From contig CAMUYW010000003.1 of the NCBI GenBank assembly GCA_947165045.1, positions 17,185-81,184 on the forward strand: a stretch of 64,000 bases of DNA. The letters are read 5' to 3'. The stretch is from an uncultured Fibrobacter sp. Its GTDB lineage: Bacteria; Fibrobacterota; Fibrobacteria; Fibrobacterales; Fibrobacteraceae. Position 1 is the stretch's first letter; every line of letters begins with the position of its first letter. The notes under the pieces were generated by a model. The model was not told the DNA's origin, ran no database searches, and saw only the letters and a list, made by a program, of their open reading frames with translations. Made by a program: the position numbers and the translations under genes. Of this stretch, positions 28,183 to 38,563 are shown piece after piece.

Positions 28183-28824
28183 TTATTGATCGTTGTCGTC
28201 AATTTTGGTGTTTGGTTTGTAAGTTCTGTCACGGCTGAGTTCAAAGCCTAGCGAAAGCTGGATGGCGAGACGTCCCGAAGAAATGCGGAAATTGGTATGA
28301 TCATCGGAGAACGACTTTCGCATGGATGTGTAGTCATATTTGACTTCAAGCCCGATGTCCCATGGCATGATGACGCCTGCCCCGATTTCGACGAAATAGT
28401 GGAAAGGGCGTTCCCACCAATGGCTGTTTGTGGTTAGCGGAAGAAGTGTGCCATATCTTGTCACTATGTAAGGCGAGAACATACGATCTTTGTTGAATGA
28501 GCCAAACGCAACATTGGCCCAAATAGGGATGGCCATGGGGGTTGCTTCAAGGCTGTTCTGCTTTTGCGAAGTCTTGAAGCCAAAACCGAAGCCGTAATGG
28601 ATGGGACTGAATTCGGCTGCGAAAATGAATTCTAGCCCTCCCATGAGGACGTGGTCCGTGTCCCATTCGCGTTCTTCTTTGACATCGTTCATTTTTTTAT
28701 CAATCCCAATTTGGGCCGGAAATTCGAATTGGACCAGCGACCGAAGTTCTACCGCATTTGTTGCACTATATAAACAAAAGAGTAGTAATGCAACATTTGT
28801 GTAAAAATTTCTGAATAAAAACAT
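28183..28824 (-). CDS. Small outer-membrane beta-barrel protein (OmpA/OmpW-like, putative)
   Basis: Signal peptide; amphipathic strands (SPYIVTRYG, VEIGAGV, GLEVKYDY, IQLSLGFEL). Confidence 0.55.
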   Translation of the reverse strand: MFLFRNFYTNVALLLFCLYSATNAVELRSLVQFEFPAQIGIDKKMNDVKEEREWDTDHVLMGGLEFIFAAEFSPIHYGFGFGFKTSQKQNSLEATPMAIPIWANVAFGSFNKDRMFSPYIVTRYGTLLPLTTNSHWWERPFHYFVEIGAGVIMPWDIGLEVKYDYTSMRKSFSDDHTNFRISSGRLAIQLSLGFELSRDRTYKPNTKIDDNDQ

Positions 28825-28941
28825 AATTAACCTATTTTGTTCTTTTAATGTGACATAAAATAAAAAATTTTAGTTTGTAAGATTATCTGGCAAATTGTAA
28901 TTTTTTATATTGTAGTGAAACAATTTGTTTGGAAGAGGAAA

Positions 28942-31900
28942 ATGATTCGTTTAACATCATTGTTTATTGCTTTATTTGCAATACTTGGTTTTGCTGCTGA
29001 AGAACATGGGGTGGTTTTTCCGATAACGGAAACGGCCGTTCAATATACTGCTAATGACAATTATTATGATTCAAGCAATCCTGACATAGTTCGCTTTAGT
29101 TATACACCCACTAAAACTGGGTCATGCACGATATCCACGGGATATGTAAGTTCTTCATTTAGGAGATACTTATATTACTATGGAACAAAAGATACCTTTT
29201 CTGGTTATGTTGATTACGATTATGATAACTATACTGCAAGTGTGTCGTTTAAATGCGCTGCAGGGCAAACTTACTATTTGGCCGTTGAAGTATATTATTC
29301 TAGCAACTATTCCTATTCGTTTGACATAAAAGCATCTGTGACTCCGGGCGCTATTGTAAGCATCAAGGGTAAGGCGGATCCTGATACCGTTCTTTTGAAT
29401 TCAAGTTTGACAATTAAGGCTCCTACAGTAAAAGCTGGCGACCGATTTGTTAATTGGAACATTGAAACGGGAACGGGTAGCTTTGCAAATTCCAAATCCA
29501 TAAGTACGACGTTTACTCCGAAATCGGAAGAAGTGGAACTTTCTTATGATACTGAAAAAGGCGAAGTTTATCCGCTTACGGATGTTTATTCCTCATTTAC
29601 GCATTTCACAAATGCCAGCATGACCGGGGATAATATCTATGGTGTCAGAACCTCTTATAAAGCAAGTGCTAGTGGTACTTTTGCGATTGTAACAAAGTCG
29701 AATAGATCATTTACCCTTTATTCCTATGGTACAGATTCTGAGTTTAAAACTAGGGCTTCCAGCAAAAGTGTTTCTTCGTCGGTTAATCGTTCCGTATTTA
29801 CGCTTACTGCTGGTGAATCGTACTATTTTGTGCTGTCTCAGGGCACTTACAGTTATTTTGGCGATACGATTTCTGCAAAGGTTGTCAAAACCCTTAAGGT
29901 GACTTCGGATACTGTTGGCGCGGGCAAGGTTTATGTCGGAACAGGTTCACTTAGCTATGATTCTTCTTATGTAGCCAAAGATACGGTTCCGATAAGAGCT
30001 GTCTCTGCTAGCAATACTAGGTTTTCTAAGTGGGAAAAAGTTTCGGGAACATGTACCATATTGAATCCGAATGTCGCACAAACTAAAGTTGTTATTGAAA
30101 GCGACTGTAAAGTTCGGGCTACTTTTGTTCCTGGTACAGTGTACTCTATTACAACGACTCCTAAAACTTATACTCCGGCCGAACATTATTATTCAGGATC
30201 TCCTTCTAACGGCGTTCGCTTCTCGTTCGTCGCTCCTGAAGATGGTTGGTATATCGTGAATTGTGCCAAAGATAGTTCTGTATGGAGCTATATGTATCGT
30301 TATAAAACAAGTGCATTCTCGAGCTACTCTACCTATTATAACAAAAAGACTTCTATTGCGGATACTGTGTCTCTTATGGCCGGTGATTCACTCTTTTATC
30401 TTGTAGAAAGCGAGTATAGCAGTGATTCCTTGATGAAATTTAGCATGAGCTATGAGAAAATGCCTTCGTTGTCCTTGATTGTTGAAAGTGCATCTCCGCA
30501 GTGCTCCACGAGTACATATTCAAAGTCCGTCTTGAAAGGAATGAAAGTTAGTATTCAGGCTTATGCTCGTAAGGGGTATCGCCCTGATGGTTGGACTTTT
30601 GTAACTGGACAACACAAGGTCAGTGATTCTTCTGCATATCTTATTACCACCACAATAGAGTCTGATACAAAAATAAAGTTGGGGTGTAAGGCCGCCAATT
30701 TGATTGAGTTGACAGATAAACTTCAAAAATATGTTGCGGAAAATGACTTTTATGAACAGACGCCAAGCTCGGGTATGCGATTCTACTATAAAACTCCGGC
30801 AAAGGGTTTGTATGCTTTCCGCTTTGTCCCCAACGGGTTTTATGGAACGGATAGGTATTATGCAGGGGATTCTACGTTCTCAACTGTAAAGGACTATTAT
30901 GGCAGTACGTCTTATAGTTATACGTTCTTTGTGCCATCTTCGGCGGCGGGTGAAAAATTCTATTTATCGGCAATGCCATATTCGTCAACCTATTGGGATA
31001 AAACTATTATGGTTGGTGCATTGCCTGCCGGTACAGTCAAGGTTAGCGGCAAATCTAAAGTAGATACACTTGCATATGGTGATTCGCTTGATATAACAGC
31101 CGTATTGGATACTGGCGATCATTTTGTAAAGTGGAGCATTGTATCTGGAAAGGGACGATTTGTTGACGCTTCTCTTTATGCAACGCAATACATTTTTGAA
31201 TCGACCTCTGAGTTAAAGCCTGTTGTTTCCAAGTTGCCGCTTTACGAAATTGTCGAACAGTTTAAGGGTTATACATATAAAGATAATGGTTCTAATAACA
31301 AAAATTTAAATTACGGCGTTCGCATGTACTTTAATCCCACGGTGAGCGGGACATATTCTATCAGGTATAAAGGTGAGAATTCCTTCTATTTGTTCACCTA
31401 TGGGACCGATTCGACTTTTTATAACTATAGCAGATATACCTGTTCGAGTGGAATCTGTAGGTACCTTATAACTGTTCCTGCCGGTGAAAAACGTTATTTC
31501 CAACTTGTTCCTTATACCGCGGCCAATGTGGAAGATTCCGTGTGGATTCGTGCGATGAAAACAGTAAGTTTGAGGGCTGATACATCTGGCGTTGGTTATG
31601 CGTATGTGGGGACGTCCACTCGTGATTATGATTCTACTTATGTGGTTGGTGATACTGTTCCTATAAGAGCTTTTACATCAGCTGCTGATTTTAAGTTTAA
31701 GAAGTGGAGCGTGGCTTCGGGTTCTTGTAAAATTTTGGATTCGACCCGCAGTAGTACTTACATTATACCGTCCGGTGATTGTACTGTAAAGGCTGAGTTT
31801 GGCTTGGGTACGGTTTATCCGATAGAAAATGTTGCTAAAAAGTATATTCCAGAGGAAAATTACTATTCAAGATCGGCTACTTATGGTGTTCGGTTCTCTT

Positions 31901-34900
31901 TTGTTGCACCAAGCGATGGCGAATACACCTTTGCTTTCCGTAGTATTGATATGTCTATGACTATTGAACGGTATAATTCGAGGGCGTTTAATAGTTATAT
32001 CACTAGAACAACCTCTGTTTATAACAGGTTTGATCCGTTGACGCTTTCGGCTGGTGATTCTGTTTTTTACATCGTTAGGAGTTCTTATTCTTCGGATACG
32101 ACAGACGCGTTCTGGGTTAGTTATTCGCAATCTAAAGTCAATATTGAATTGACTGCGGAAGGCAATGGTTCTGTATCGCCAAGCTCTGGATATACGAATG
32201 CTTGGAGCGGTGCTGCATATCCTATTACGGCTTCTGCCCAAACGGGATATCGCTTTGATAGGTGGGTTTATGTTTCGGGTGTCGGTGCTATTGATGATAC
32301 TCTTAACTATGAAACTGTTGTCTATGCGACAAAGGATTCTAAGATTAAGGCGATATTTAATAAAGGCAATATTTATGAATTGACGAAGACGAAGGAAACT
32401 TATAGCTTCAAAAAACATCATTATGCCGATTCTGACAAAAAAACGGTTTATTATAGCTGGAATCCGACCGATACCAACTACTACATGATTGCTATAGATT
32501 CTGTAAATGGTTCTTGTTTGCATTATGGTGCGGATTCCCTGTTTAAAACTTCGAATACGAAGACTATTTTGAAGGGGACGTCTTATGTGCTGATTAAGGG
32601 CGAACCGGGTAAGAAACAGTATTTTGCTATTACCGATTCCTTGTATTCAAATAATCGGGATGAATTTGCAATCCAGGTGATTTCTCCGAAACATTTGTTC
32701 GTTGAATCTAAGAAGGGACGTACCATGCCTTCGGGTGATGTTTATTTACCTCCTGGAGTTGATACTCTTGTGTATGCAGTGCCGTACGGTGGATATATTT
32801 TTGAATCCTGGACCAAGGTTACGGGAAATGTCAAAATTGCCGATTCGACAAAATCTTCGACCCGTGTTGAGCCTGAGTCTGATTATTGCTCTATCCGCGC
32901 CAATTATGTTCTGGATTCGGCGACTGTGCCAGAAGTCAAGATTACAAACTTGGATTTGAGTAACCACCCGGGCATTTGCGCCCATGTGTCTGTAGTTGAT
33001 GAACGTACCGGAAAACCTATCGTTGGCCTTGATTCCTCGGATTTCGTGTTGTTCCAAGATGGCGTAAACTTGCCTGCTCAAACAACGACAATCCAGAGCG
33101 TTGGCGGTGTTTCTGTTGCATTGGTTGTTGACGAAAGTGGCTCTATGGATGGCTCTCGTATCATCAAGGCTAAAGATGCAATTCGTCAGTTTATTAATGA
33201 AATGGGCCCGTACGATAGAACTGCTATTGTTGGGTTTACCGGATATTCAGAAACTCAGGTTCATCAATCGATGACGTCTGACAAGTCCTTGTTGCTTGCT
33301 GCTGTTGACCGTTTGACTTCTGATGGTTGGAGTACGAATATTAATACGGGTACAAGAACAGGTGTTCGACAAGTCGAGGGCGAAACAAACCCGACTGCGG
33401 TTATCGTGTTCTCGGATGGTAAGAACCTTGATGACGATGCGACTACGGAAGAAGTTTTGGAACTTGCAAAGACCTTGAATACGACAATCTATTCCATTGG
33501 TCTTGAAACTAGGGAAACAGATCCCTTGTTACCTCTTGCAGAAGGATCTGGTGGTACGTACACCTATGCTCCGGATGCTTCCCAGTTGACGGGTATTTAT
33601 TCGACGATTCGTGGAACGGTGCAGGAACGTTATGTCCTGTGCTACCAGAGCCCAGATGCTGTTTGGGATGGTGATACTCATACGGTGGTTATTCAAACTG
33701 ATTTCTTGAATAAGGATGCTCGTGATACGGCTTTCTGGAACGAAGATTTCTTGCCGCCTAGAGTGGATTTGACCGATTCGACATGGAAATTGGTCGGTGT
33801 TGAACAGCAAGAGAATAAGTCTATTAAGATCTCTGTCTATGTTACTTCGAAGGATTCAATCAAGAATGTGAATCTCTTTATGAAGAAAACAAGCTTGACG
33901 AGTACGTCGTTCAAGTCGTATCCGATGACTCATGTCAAGGATTCGTTGTGGACCTATACGATTCCTGATTCTCTTGTGACTTATCCTGGTGTTGATTTTT
34001 ATGTCGTGGCTACCGATTCTCATGGCTTGTCGGGCAGGACTCCTGCAATTGCAAACCCGTCTAAACAGCCTTACACGATTCCTGTAAAGAACCAGGTTCC
34101 TGTTATTGTGATGGATTCCTTGAAATGTCTCGATATGAAGAGCGGTAGCGGAAAGTTGCGCTTTACCATAACCGATAAGGACGGTGTGCATGATGCTACT
34201 TTGTATTACAAGGATTCCTTGGCTGTCCTTTTCGATGAAATCGCATTGACCAAGAATGGAAATTATTGGGAAGCTTCTATTCCGGCTACAGCATTTGAAA
34301 GAGGTATTGGCGAAATCTATGTTCGCGCTGTTGACGGTGTCGGAGGTAGTGTTCGCTGGCCAAAGAAGGAAAATACTTGGGTTCCGGTTTGTGGACGCAA
34401 AGTTTATGTCCCAGATGTGAAGGATGTGGTTACAATTGTCAATAAGGAATCTTCGAATTCGCCTATTGGCCGTACGACCAAGTATGTTGGTATTACAGTA
34501 AATACTGAAGATTTCACGGACTATGTAGATACTATTAATGTCAAGCTTTCGTGCCTTGCTTCGGGTGATGTTGAAAGTAAAGTCGTTCTCATCGAAAAGA
34601 AGGAAGGCTACTTTGAAAGCCGTGACACCTTGTTTAAAAATGAATATGCCCCCAAAAAAGATGACGGAAAAATTTCTTGTGCCGCCCGCGATACAATGGT
34701 GGCAGAATATAAGGATCCTCTCTTTGATACATATACTCGTGATACCGTATTCATTCGTGATACGGTATCATATAGCTATCGATTCTTGGAACCGAAAAAC
34801 GATAAGGATTTAGATTCCGTAGAAACGGGTAGTGTCGCTAATTTCCGCATTAGGGTGACCGCTTTGAGTGAATCCATTCACAATGTGGATACTTTGAAAG

Positions 34901-36249
34901 TGTTGCTGTATACCGACGGAAAGGATTCGTTATGGGTGAAGGCCGTTGAAACGGGTGTCTATACATCAACGTTTGAATATACAGGATCGTTCCATTTTGT
35001 CGAAAGCAAGTCCGATTTGAAGAGTTCCGAATTGGATGCCGTATTCGATTTGAAAACGTCCCGTAACCGAGTTAAAATCCAGTCTTGGATAAAAGGCGAT
35101 AGCTCGTCTGAATCTAAGCGTGATTCCTTGATTGTGTTCTCGAATTACGTTCCTGCAGATTATGCTGAAATCTATGATATCGATTTGGATGGCAAGGCCG
35201 ATTCTATTCGGATTCGATTCATTTCTCCGTTGAAGGCTGATCTTGAAGGTGTCGATACATTGTACTGGAATAAGGCTGGTGGTACTTGGCGTAGTGTTGC
35301 CAAGAAGGACCTCCGTGCGGTAGATAACCGTTCTTGGTTTGAAGCTAAATTGGAGGAACCGTTTGAATATGGCGCAACTGCAGCCGATGCGGATAATACT
35401 CCGTACCTTAAACTGGCGAAGACGAAAGATGGATTTGCTCAGAAGGTTAAAATCAAGGATAGGATAGGGGCCGTTCCGGTCGAGGCCGTCAAGCATCCTG
35501 GAGTTATTCCTCTTGATGAATACTTGGAAAATTCTGTAGCAATTCCGCCTGATACGTTAGTGGTTACGGTATCCGAAAAAATAAAGAATAAGGGCAAGGA
35601 CGATGCTTGGAAATCGCTGTTTGTCTACTCTTCGAGCTGCAAGGATACGGCAGAAAAGTCGTTGAATATTGAAAAGGTTATCAAGAAGGATTCTACGGGC
35701 CGCGTTTGGAATTTCGTCTTGAAGAACCATATCCTCAAGACCGAGGATTGCATCAGAACCAATCCCAAGGCGACTTTTGAAGATGCTGATGGTAATTCTA
35801 TGGGCCGCGGTGGCGTAAAGGTGACCGGCAGTAACGGAGACTTGTACCTGTACGAGGTTGCCCCGGTTCCTACTGTAAGTGGTGCTGATCAGGATGCGGA
35901 ATGGATTGCTCCTGACGATGACGAGTTTAGCGACCTTCCGGATTCGCTTGCTGCAATCCGCGTTGTGAGTATCATGCCTTACACGGCTAGTGTGGTTATC
36001 TATGATGGACTTTCTAACGTGGTGACTCACTTTAAGCAGGATTTTGGCAAAAAGAAGGGCGAAATGACGCAAAAAGTCAGGGGAAATTCCGAAAATCACG
36101 CCAAAACGGGATATTTGACCTGGAATAAGCGTTCTAAGAAGGGCCGTTTGGTCGGTACTGGTGTCTACATTTGGCGAATCGATTTCAAGTTCATTGATGG
36201 ACATTCCGAGTATCGATTGATTAAAACGGGCGTTAAAAGAAAGAAATAA
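28942..36249 (+). CDS. Giant secreted surface protein: Tyr/Ser-rich beta repeats, InlB-B-repeat-like units, VWA domain, Ig-like stalk, basic C-terminal domain
   Basis: ATG 28942 after GAGGA, with a signal peptide; repeated 'G..F..W....G...I.D.....T' units; VWA MIDAS 'VVDESGSM...T...FSDG'; ends GRLVGTGVYIW...TGVKRKK. Confidence 0.85.
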   Translation: MIRLTSLFIALFAILGFAAEEHGVVFPITETAVQYTANDNYYDSSNPDIVRFSYTPTKTGSCTISTGYVSSSFRRYLYYYGTKDTFSGYVDYDYDNYTASVSFKCAAGQTYYLAVEVYYSSNYSYSFDIKASVTPGAIVSIKGKADPDTVLLNSSLTIKAPTVKAGDRFVNWNIETGTGSFANSKSISTTFTPKSEEVELSYDTEKGEVYPLTDVYSSFTHFTNASMTGDNIYGVRTSYKASASGTFAIVTKSNRSFTLYSYGTDSEFKTRASSKSVSSSVNRSVFTLTAGESYYFVLSQGTYSYFGDTISAKVVKTLKVTSDTVGAGKVYVGTGSLSYDSSYVAKDTVPIRAVSASNTRFSKWEKVSGTCTILNPNVAQTKVVIESDCKVRATFVPGTVYSITTTPKTYTPAEHYYSGSPSNGVRFSFVAPEDGWYIVNCAKDSSVWSYMYRYKTSAFSSYSTYYNKKTSIADTVSLMAGDSLFYLVESEYSSDSLMKFSMSYEKMPSLSLIVESASPQCSTSTYSKSVLKGMKVSIQAYARKGYRPDGWTFVTGQHKVSDSSAYLITTTIESDTKIKLGCKAANLIELTDKLQKYVAENDFYEQTPSSGMRFYYKTPAKGLYAFRFVPNGFYGTDRYYAGDSTFSTVKDYYGSTSYSYTFFVPSSAAGEKFYLSAMPYSSTYWDKTIMVGALPAGTVKVSGKSKVDTLAYGDSLDITAVLDTGDHFVKWSIVSGKGRFVDASLYATQYIFESTSELKPVVSKLPLYEIVEQFKGYTYKDNGSNNKNLNYGVRMYFNPTVSGTYSIRYKGENSFYLFTYGTDSTFYNYSRYTCSSGICRYLITVPAGEKRYFQLVPYTAANVEDSVWIRAMKTVSLRADTSGVGYAYVGTSTRDYDSTYVVGDTVPIRAFTSAADFKFKKWSVASGSCKILDSTRSSTYIIPSGDCTVKAEFGLGTVYPIENVAKKYIPEENYYSRSATYGVRFSFVAPSDGEYTFAFRSIDMSMTIERYNSRAFNSYITRTTSVYNRFDPLTLSAGDSVFYIVRSSYSSDTTDAFWVSYSQSKVNIELTAEGNGSVSPSSGYTNAWSGAAYPITASAQTGYRFDRWVYVSGVGAIDDTLNYETVVYATKDSKIKAIFNKGNIYELTKTKETYSFKKHHYADSDKKTVYYSWNPTDTNYYMIAIDSVNGSCLHYGADSLFKTSNTKTILKGTSYVLIKGEPGKKQYFAITDSLYSNNRDEFAIQVISPKHLFVESKKGRTMPSGDVYLPPGVDTLVYAVPYGGYIFESWTKVTGNVKIADSTKSSTRVEPESDYCSIRANYVLDSATVPEVKITNLDLSNHPGICAHVSVVDERTGKPIVGLDSSDFVLFQDGVNLPAQTTTIQSVGGVSVALVVDESGSMDGSRIIKAKDAIRQFINEMGPYDRTAIVGFTGYSETQVHQSMTSDKSLLLAAVDRLTSDGWSTNINTGTRTGVRQVEGETNPTAVIVFSDGKNLDDDATTEEVLELAKTLNTTIYSIGLETRETDPLLPLAEGSGGTYTYAPDASQLTGIYSTIRGTVQERYVLCYQSPDAVWDGDTHTVVIQTDFLNKDARDTAFWNEDFLPPRVDLTDSTWKLVGVEQQENKSIKISVYVTSKDSIKNVNLFMKKTSLTSTSFKSYPMTHVKDSLWTYTIPDSLVTYPGVDFYVVATDSHGLSGRTPAIANPSKQPYTIPVKNQVPVIVMDSLKCLDMKSGSGKLRFTITDKDGVHDATLYYKDSLAVLFDEIALTKNGNYWEASIPATAFERGIGEIYVRAVDGVGGSVRWPKKENTWVPVCGRKVYVPDVKDVVTIVNKESSNSPIGRTTKYVGITVNTEDFTDYVDTINVKLSCLASGDVESKVVLIEKKEGYFESRDTLFKNEYAPKKDDGKISCAARDTMVAEYKDPLFDTYTRDTVFIRDTVSYSYRFLEPKNDKDLDSVETGSVANFRIRVTALSESIHNVDTLKVLLYTDGKDSLWVKAVETGVYTSTFEYTGSFHFVESKSDLKSSELDAVFDLKTSRNRVKIQSWIKGDSSSESKRDSLIVFSNYVPADYAEIYDIDLDGKADSIRIRFISPLKADLEGVDTLYWNKAGGTWRSVAKKDLRAVDNRSWFEAKLEEPFEYGATAADADNTPYLKLAKTKDGFAQKVKIKDRIGAVPVEAVKHPGVIPLDEYLENSVAIPPDTLVVTVSEKIKNKGKDDAWKSLFVYSSSCKDTAEKSLNIEKVIKKDSTGRVWNFVLKNHILKTEDCIRTNPKATFEDADGNSMGRGGVKVTGSNGDLYLYEVAPVPTVSGADQDAEWIAPDDDEFSDLPDSLAAIRVVSIMPYTASVVIYDGLSNVVTHFKQDFGKKKGEMTQKVRGNSENHAKTGYLTWNKRSKKGRLVGTGVYIWRIDFKFIDGHSEYRLIKTGVKRKK

Positions 36250-36270
36250 GATAGTTTTATAATTATAACC

Positions 36271-36301
36271 TTGAGAGAAAATTGTAAAAAAACTAAATTT
36301 G
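36271..36301 (+). promoter_or_regulatory. Putative tkt promoter
   Basis: TTGAGA (36271-36276), 17-bp spacer, TAAATTTG (36294-36301). Confidence 0.5.
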
Positions 36302-36334
36302 CCGCGTAAAAACAAAACTCTAAGGGGTTAAACC

Positions 36335-38410
36335 GTGCAAGATTCATTAGTTACAAAAGCAGCTGATAACGTCCGTATCCTTTCTGCCGCGATGGTGCAG
36401 AAGGCCAAGTCCGGACATCCGGGTGGAGCCATGGGCGCCGCCGACGCCATTACGCTTTTGTTTGCTGAATTCTTGCGCTACGATCCGGACGACGCCAACT
36501 GGATGGCTCGCGACCGCTTCTTCATGGACCCGGGTCACATGAGCCCGCTCCTCTACTCCGAACTCGTTTTGACGAACCGTCTCACGCTCGAAGACGTGAA
36601 GAACTTCCGCCAGCTTGGCAGCCGCACTCCGGGCCATCCGGAAGTCGATGTTGCTCTCGGAATTGAAAACTCCTCGGGCCCGCTCGGTATCGGTCATGGT
36701 ATCGCTCTCGGTGGTGCAATTGCTGAACGCTTCATGGTCGAACGCTTTGGCTCCATCGTTGAACACAAGACGGTCTGCCTCGTTTCTGACGGCGGCCTCG
36801 AAGAAGAAATTGCATACGGCGTGGGGCGCATTGCTGGCCACCTCAAGCTTTCGAACCTCATCTTCTTCTACGATGCAAACCAGGTCCAGCTCAGCTGCAA
36901 GACCGAAGACGTGATGGACCACGACTTTGTAAAGCAGTATGAATCTTGGGGCTTCCGCGTGATTGAATGCGATGGCTCTAACATTGCTGAACTCCGCAAG
37001 GCTTTCAAGGCTGCTTGGGCCGAAACTGAAAAGCCGGTGCTCGTCTATGGTCACACCACGATGGCTAAGGGCGCTATTGCCGAAGATGGCAAGAGCTTTG
37101 AAGGTGCTGTTTCTACGCATGGTCAGCCGCTCAACGCTGCCGGTGCTTCTACTTCTGCAACAGTCAAGAACCTCGGTGGCAATCCGGACGATCCGTTCCA
37201 GGTCTTTGATGACGTGAAGGCAGGCTTTGAAGCTCGCGCCAACGAACTCCGCAAGGAAGTTGCCGAATGGAAGAAGGCCAAGGCTGCTTGGGACAAGGCT
37301 AATGCCGAAAAGTCCGCAACGCTCAACGAATGGCTCTCTGGCAAGGGTCTCAAGATTGACCTTTCCAAGCTCAACATCAAGGAAGGTGTTGCAACTCGCG
37401 TCACTAGCGGTACGGTTCTTGGCTACCTCGCCGAAAATTATCACAACATCATCTGCAGCTCTGCAGACCTTTCGAACTCCGACAACACGCAGGCATTCCT
37501 CGACAAGACGGGCATCTTCCGTGCTAACGACTTCAAGGGCGCTTTTGTCCAGGTCGGTGTTGCAGAACTCACGATGGGTGCGATTGCTAACGGTATCGCT
37601 CTCCATGGCGGTCTCTATCCGATTTGCGCCACGTTCTTCGTGTTCAGCGACTTTATGAAGCCGGCTATCCGCATGGCAGCTCTCATGGGCCTCCCGGTCA
37701 AGTATGTGTTCACGCACGACAGCTTCCGCGTTGGCGAAGACGGTCCGACGCACCAGCCGATTGAACACGAAACGCAGATCCGCTTGCTCGAAAGCCTCAC
37801 GAAGGCTAGCGGCAAGGCCGAAATGCTCGTGCTCCGTCCGGCAGACGCTTATGAAACGCTCGCTGCATGGGAAATGGCTTTCGAAAATAACGACAGCCCG
37901 ACGGCTCTCATCCTCACTCGTCAGGTCGTGAATACGCTTCCGGGTGACAACCGTTACGAAGCGGCCAAATCTTGCCGCAAGGGCGCTTACATCGTCAGCG
38001 ACAACACCGTCGCAGGCAAGAAACCGGAACTTACTTTGGTTGCAAACGGTAGTGACGTGCTTCTCGAACACCAGGCTGCAGAACTCCTCCGTGCCGAAGG
38101 CAAGGCAGTCCGCGTGGTCTCCATGATCAGCCCGGCTCTCTTCCTCAAGCAGGACAAATCTTACCGCGACAGCATCATTGCTCCGTGGACTCCGGTGTTT
38201 GCAAAGTCCAGCGGTCTTCCGCTCTTGTTCGCTCAGGTCGTGGGTGGCTTCGGTAAGGTTTCTGGCCTCGAACGTTTCGGTGCTTCTGCTCCGGCTGGCG
38301 TTCTTGAAAAGGAATTCGGCTATGTTCCTGAAGCTGTTGCCGCTGCTGCTAAGGAATACCTCGCTGAATTCGCTCAGAACGTTGCTGACTTCAAGAAGGC
38401 TAACGCTTAA
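36335..38410 (+). CDS. tkt: Transketolase
   Basis: SGHPGGAMG, RDRFFMDPGH, TPGHPE, GPLGIG, THDSFRVGEDGPTHQPIE, FGASAP; codon usage of a highly expressed gene. Confidence 0.97.
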   Translation: MQDSLVTKAADNVRILSAAMVQKAKSGHPGGAMGAADAITLLFAEFLRYDPDDANWMARDRFFMDPGHMSPLLYSELVLTNRLTLEDVKNFRQLGSRTPGHPEVDVALGIENSSGPLGIGHGIALGGAIAERFMVERFGSIVEHKTVCLVSDGGLEEEIAYGVGRIAGHLKLSNLIFFYDANQVQLSCKTEDVMDHDFVKQYESWGFRVIECDGSNIAELRKAFKAAWAETEKPVLVYGHTTMAKGAIAEDGKSFEGAVSTHGQPLNAAGASTSATVKNLGGNPDDPFQVFDDVKAGFEARANELRKEVAEWKKAKAAWDKANAEKSATLNEWLSGKGLKIDLSKLNIKEGVATRVTSGTVLGYLAENYHNIICSSADLSNSDNTQAFLDKTGIFRANDFKGAFVQVGVAELTMGAIANGIALHGGLYPICATFFVFSDFMKPAIRMAALMGLPVKYVFTHDSFRVGEDGPTHQPIEHETQIRLLESLTKASGKAEMLVLRPADAYETLAAWEMAFENNDSPTALILTRQVVNTLPGDNRYEAAKSCRKGAYIVSDNTVAGKKPELTLVANGSDVLLEHQAAELLRAEGKAVRVVSMISPALFLKQDKSYRDSIIAPWTPVFAKSSGLPLLFAQVVGGFGKVSGLERFGASAPAGVLEKEFGYVPEAVAAAAKEYLAEFAQNVADFKKANA

Positions 38411-38431
38411 TTGTTGAGGGCGCTCCGCGCC

Positions 38432-38468
38432 TGTCATCCTGGAGCCTCAAAGAGGCGCAATAGGATCC
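38432..38468 (+). repeat. REP-like GTCA-tagged palindrome
   Basis: TGTCATCCT-GGA-GCCTC-AAA-GAGGC-GCAAT-AGGATCC. Confidence 0.5.
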
Positions 38469-38477
38469 TCTAAAATC

Positions 38478-38500
38478 GCCCGCCACGTGCGGGCTTTTCT
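38478..38500 (+). terminator. Intrinsic terminator of tkt
   Basis: GCCCGC-CACGT-GCGGGC-TTTTCT. Confidence 0.7.
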
Positions 38501-38563
38501 CTTATAAATGTAATTTTATTGTGATTTAGGTTACATTTCCAATAAAAAACCTATATTCTAGGC

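Noticed and set aside
36347-38437. 696-aa antisense ORF spanning tkt
   Set aside because: Codon-aligned mirror of a highly biased gene that avoids TTA/CTA/TCA codons; no recognisable motifs.
38500-38563. NrdR box upstream of nrdR
   Set aside because: No convincing match to the acaCwAtATaTwGtg-type palindrome; the TATATT there is better explained as a -10 element.
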